Shown: one piece after another, positions 61,044-64,000 of the stretch
Numbering within the stretch: position 1 is the first letter of the stretch
How the letters are laid out: every line of letters begins with the position of its first letter
Origin: Microcoleus sp.
GTDB taxonomy: Bacteria; Cyanobacteriota; Cyanobacteriia; Cyanobacteriales; Microcoleaceae
DNA: 64,000 nucleotides
Direction: 5' to 3'
NCBI GenBank assembly: GCA_042408215.1
Contig: JAYFMW010000005.1
Coordinates: forward strand, 32,001-96,000
Translations under genes and position numbers: made by a program
The notes under the pieces: model-generated
Seen by the model: only the letters and a program-made list of their open reading frames with translations
Database searches by the model: none
What the model was told of the DNA's origin: nothing

Positions 61044-62255
61044 TTAAACAGAGGGGCGCTCTATTTTTGTGGGAAAGAATGTTCGGAGTGCTGAATTTCG
61101 CTGTTCTGGGGTTTCCTTTGCCCAATTTGATAGGCTTTCGTAGAAAAAGAATGAGACGCCTGCAAAATCTCTTTTTCGCACTTCTTGGACTTGCTCTTGA
61201 ATTTGTTTGAGCGAAACAGAACTATTTTTTAAACCAGTCAAAATGCCGATCGCAGTTGGAATGTGAGCTTTGGCTAGGATCACTTCTTCTCGTTCTAGTT
61301 CGGCATTAAAACGTTTGATGTCGCTGCGATAAACTTGCAGCACAATTTCTTCGATGTAGTCGCGTCTTTCCCAGGTAAACCAGTCCTGCAAGTGGGCGGG
61401 TAATGCGAAGTGTAAAGGGTTGGGTGAGAGGCTGATTATACATTTTTGTTTGCGGGATTTTATGGCGTGGAATACTCGCGCCATAAAATCGTTAATTCTG
61501 TCAGCACGCCACCGGGTCCAGAAGGTTTCGCGGGCGTCATTGGAGGGACGGCTTTTAATGGCTTTTTGGTACATTAAAACTGTTGTTGGTTCATAGCCAA
61601 ATTCAACTGGTAAGCCAAAATGGTCGTCGAATTGGATGCCATCTAGGTCGTAATTATCGACAATTTCCACAATTAAATCTAGGATAAATTGCTGTACTTC
61701 GGCATGAAATGGGTTAAGCCAAACTCGGTCATTTGTGCCTTCTTTCCAAATAGTTGAACCGTCGCGTCGCCTGGCCAGCCAGTCGGGATGAAGTCTGGCT
61801 AATTCAGAGTCTGCGGGAGCCATAAAACCAAACTCAAACCACGGAATTACAGCTATACCTTTGAGATGGGATTGTGTGATAATTTCTTTGAGAACATCTC
61901 GATTTTGTAATCCGGGTGAAGGGTCGATCGACTGTCCGAATACTCGTTTGGCTACAGCGCTGGGATACAGGGTATAGCCCCCTTGCCAAACCGTAGGATA
62001 TATGGTATTAAAATTTAGTTCATCCAGTCGATTTACAGCGTCAGTCACGTTTTGGGCAGAGAAAAAAACGTCGCTGTCAATGTTAGTTAACCAGACACCG
62101 CGCAATTCTGTTTTTCTGGGAGTTTTTGGCGGAATTTGAGCCGAGAGACGGGGGGAGAATATGGCAGAGGAAATAAGTGCGATCGCGAAAGCAAGTATTA
62201 AAGCCAGTATTCGCTGCCATCCGTGAAGTTTTATAGTCAATTTGTTCCCAAACAT
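61044..62255 (-). CDS. Glycoside hydrolase family 10-like (DUF187/GHL10) protein
   Basis: Signal/TM segment; ELRGVWLT, NFNTIYP, PWFEFG, YDLDGIQFDDHF. Confidence 0.88.
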   Translation of the reverse strand: MFGNKLTIKLHGWQRILALILAFAIALISSAIFSPRLSAQIPPKTPRKTELRGVWLTNIDSDVFFSAQNVTDAVNRLDELNFNTIYPTVWQGGYTLYPSAVAKRVFGQSIDPSPGLQNRDVLKEIITQSHLKGIAVIPWFEFGFMAPADSELARLHPDWLARRRDGSTIWKEGTNDRVWLNPFHAEVQQFILDLIVEIVDNYDLDGIQFDDHFGLPVEFGYEPTTVLMYQKAIKSRPSNDARETFWTRWRADRINDFMARVFHAIKSRKQKCIISLSPNPLHFALPAHLQDWFTWERRDYIEEIVLQVYRSDIKRFNAELEREEVILAKAHIPTAIGILTGLKNSSVSLKQIQEQVQEVRKRDFAGVSFFFYESLSNWAKETPEQRNSALRTFFPTKIERPSV

Positions 62256-62557
62256 GATTGTTTTATCATATCTATTTTACCGTAGAATTAGAGGATCATG
62301 AAATTACGCAATATAACTCGAATCAAAAAGACCCTCGAATTGCGCCAGTAGGGTACCTTCAGAATTGTTTTCCACGCCAAAAATTTTAGGTAATTTAATC
62401 TAGTTCCCAGTCAGAGCCTGGGAACATATATGTAGAGGATCCGCCTCCCCTGTGCTTTACTGGAGGCTGAGCCTTCTGCAAGGCATTCCCAGTCAGGTCT
62501 GGGAACGAGAAACGAGAAACGAGAAACGAGAATAGTTATTTTTGGGTAGCAATAAAT

Positions 62558-63328
62558 ATGAATCCTGATTCTCTCCGTACCTTGGGCGTGCCGCCAAATG
62601 CTTGGAAAGTTGATGCCAAAATTGCCGACATCACCCGATCGCAACTTGACCCACAAATTGTGACTTTGGAAACAGAAACTAAAACCCTGCGTGTGGATTT
62701 GGCAAAAGCTGCAATGCTGGTGATAGATATGCAAAATGATTTCTGTCATCCCGACGGTTGGTTAGCACATATTGGCGTAGATGTAACGCCCGCCAGAACT
62801 CCCATTAATCCTTTAAACAATTTACTGCCAAAATTGCGATCGCACGCAATTCCAATTATTTGGATCAACTGGGGAAACCGCCCCGATTTGCTCAATATTA
62901 GTGCAGCTTCCCGTCACGTTTATAATCCCACAGGCGACGGCGTAGGTTTGGGAGATCCGCTGCCAAAAAACGGCGCACCAGTTTTGACGGCGGGGAGTTG
63001 GGCGGCGGCTGTTGTCGATGAATTGGAACAGAAACCAGAGGATATTTGCGTTGATAAATATCGGATGAGTGGCTTTTGGGATACTCCTTTAGATAGTATT
63101 CTGAAAAACCTGGGCAGAACTACACTTTTCTTTGGAGGAGTAAACGCGGATCAGTGCGTTATGACTACGCTGCAAGATGCTAATTTTCTCGGTTACGACT
63201 GCATTTTGGTCAAAGATTGTACTGCTACGACATCGCCAGATTATTGCTGGAAAGCTACTCTGTATAACGTCAAACAATGTTTTGGTTTTTTGTCAGATTC
63301 TCAGGCTATGTTAGAAACAATTAAATAG
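62558..63328 (+). CDS. Cysteine hydrolase / isochorismatase family protein
   Basis: VIDMQNDF (Asp), DKYRMSGF (Lys), NADQCV (Cys) triad. Confidence 0.9.
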   Translation: MNPDSLRTLGVPPNAWKVDAKIADITRSQLDPQIVTLETETKTLRVDLAKAAMLVIDMQNDFCHPDGWLAHIGVDVTPARTPINPLNNLLPKLRSHAIPIIWINWGNRPDLLNISAASRHVYNPTGDGVGLGDPLPKNGAPVLTAGSWAAAVVDELEQKPEDICVDKYRMSGFWDTPLDSILKNLGRTTLFFGGVNADQCVMTTLQDANFLGYDCILVKDCTATTSPDYCWKATLYNVKQCFGFLSDSQAMLETIK

Positions 63329-63593
63329 TAGTCATCAGTCATTAGTCATTAGTCAGTAGTCAGCAGTCATTAGTCAGCAGTCATTAGTCAGCAGTCATTA
63401 GTCATAATGACATCAGAAACATAACAACCAGCACCAAAGAAACCGGGTTTTTGCAGTTTTTGTCGCCTGTAACGGGTCTTCTCGTAAAAACCCGGTTTCT
63501 GGCCACCCATACCTAAATCCTAAACTAATGACTCTGGCTCCCTCGCTAATGACATCAAAAACATAACAACTGATAACTTACAATAATAAAAAC

Positions 63594-64000
63594 ATGACAA
63601 ATCAGTGCATGATTCCAGTGGTTAAGTCTCCTCAAGAATACCAAGCATTTCGCATTAGTCCGCAGGATACTAATAGATTAGCTATTGTCTTCGATCCGGT
63701 AACGGCTAATAGTTCATTAACGGTTTGTATCGAAATTTTTGATGTCGGCGGGAAAACTCCTCCGAACCGACATCAATTTGCAGTAGAAATGTTTTTTGTA
63801 CTCAAGGGAGAAGGGCGAGCAACCTGTGACGGCAAAACTGTTAGTATTAAACCTGGAGATAGTTTGTTAGTGCCTCCAACCAGCACTCACGTAATTGAAA
63901 ATACGGGCAGTGAACGTTTGTATGCTTTGTGTATTATGGTTCCTAATGAGGATTTTGTGGAATTGATTCGCAGCGGTACGCCAGTTGAATTAGATGAGGA
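63594..64000 (+). CDS. Cupin domain protein (3' end beyond window)
   Basis: Manual translation: MTNQCMIPVVKSP...TPPNRHQFAVEMFFVLKGEG...PGDSLLVPPTSTHVIENTG. Confidence 0.85.
   Translation, partial: MTNQCMIPVVKSPQEYQAFRISPQDTNRLAIVFDPVTANSSLTVCIEIFDVGGKTPPNRHQFAVEMFFVLKGEGRATCDGKTVSIKPGDSLLVPPTSTHVIENTGSERLYALCIMVPNEDFVELIRSGTPVELDE

Overview
A 64 kb chromosomal segment from a filamentous cyanobacterium. The dense HIP1 (GCGATCGC) sites, heptamer STRR tracts and REP/MITE-like repeats suggest Oscillatoriales (Microcoleus-like); that assignment is inference. Recognisable genes include a SAM methyltransferase, a glutathionyl-hydroquinone reductase, a TIGR01777 epimerase, iscA, zds, a Ser/Thr kinase-WD40, tRNA-Val(GAC), an MCP, gnd, an ABC exporter, glnN with a canonical NtcA promoter, a Na+/H+ antiporter, hisA, a GH10-like protein, an isochorismatase and a cupin. 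Several accessory islets are interspersed. The best candidates for undescribed systems are: (i) a Type III-like R-M operon with an ABC-ATPase + TOPRIM (DUF4276-like) pair and a Uma2 nuclease between mod and res; (ii) a CHAT protease / small protein / 2-TM protein locus; (iii) two tandem XRE-repressor modules with identically placed divergent promoters and operators plus homologous non-coding leaders; (iv) a small protein / metacaspase pair; (v) three IS200/IS605 TnpB-family elements (intact, decayed, ORF-less) that share a TCAT junction. No CRISPR array or rRNA was found. All calls were made by eye from motifs; no database searches were run.
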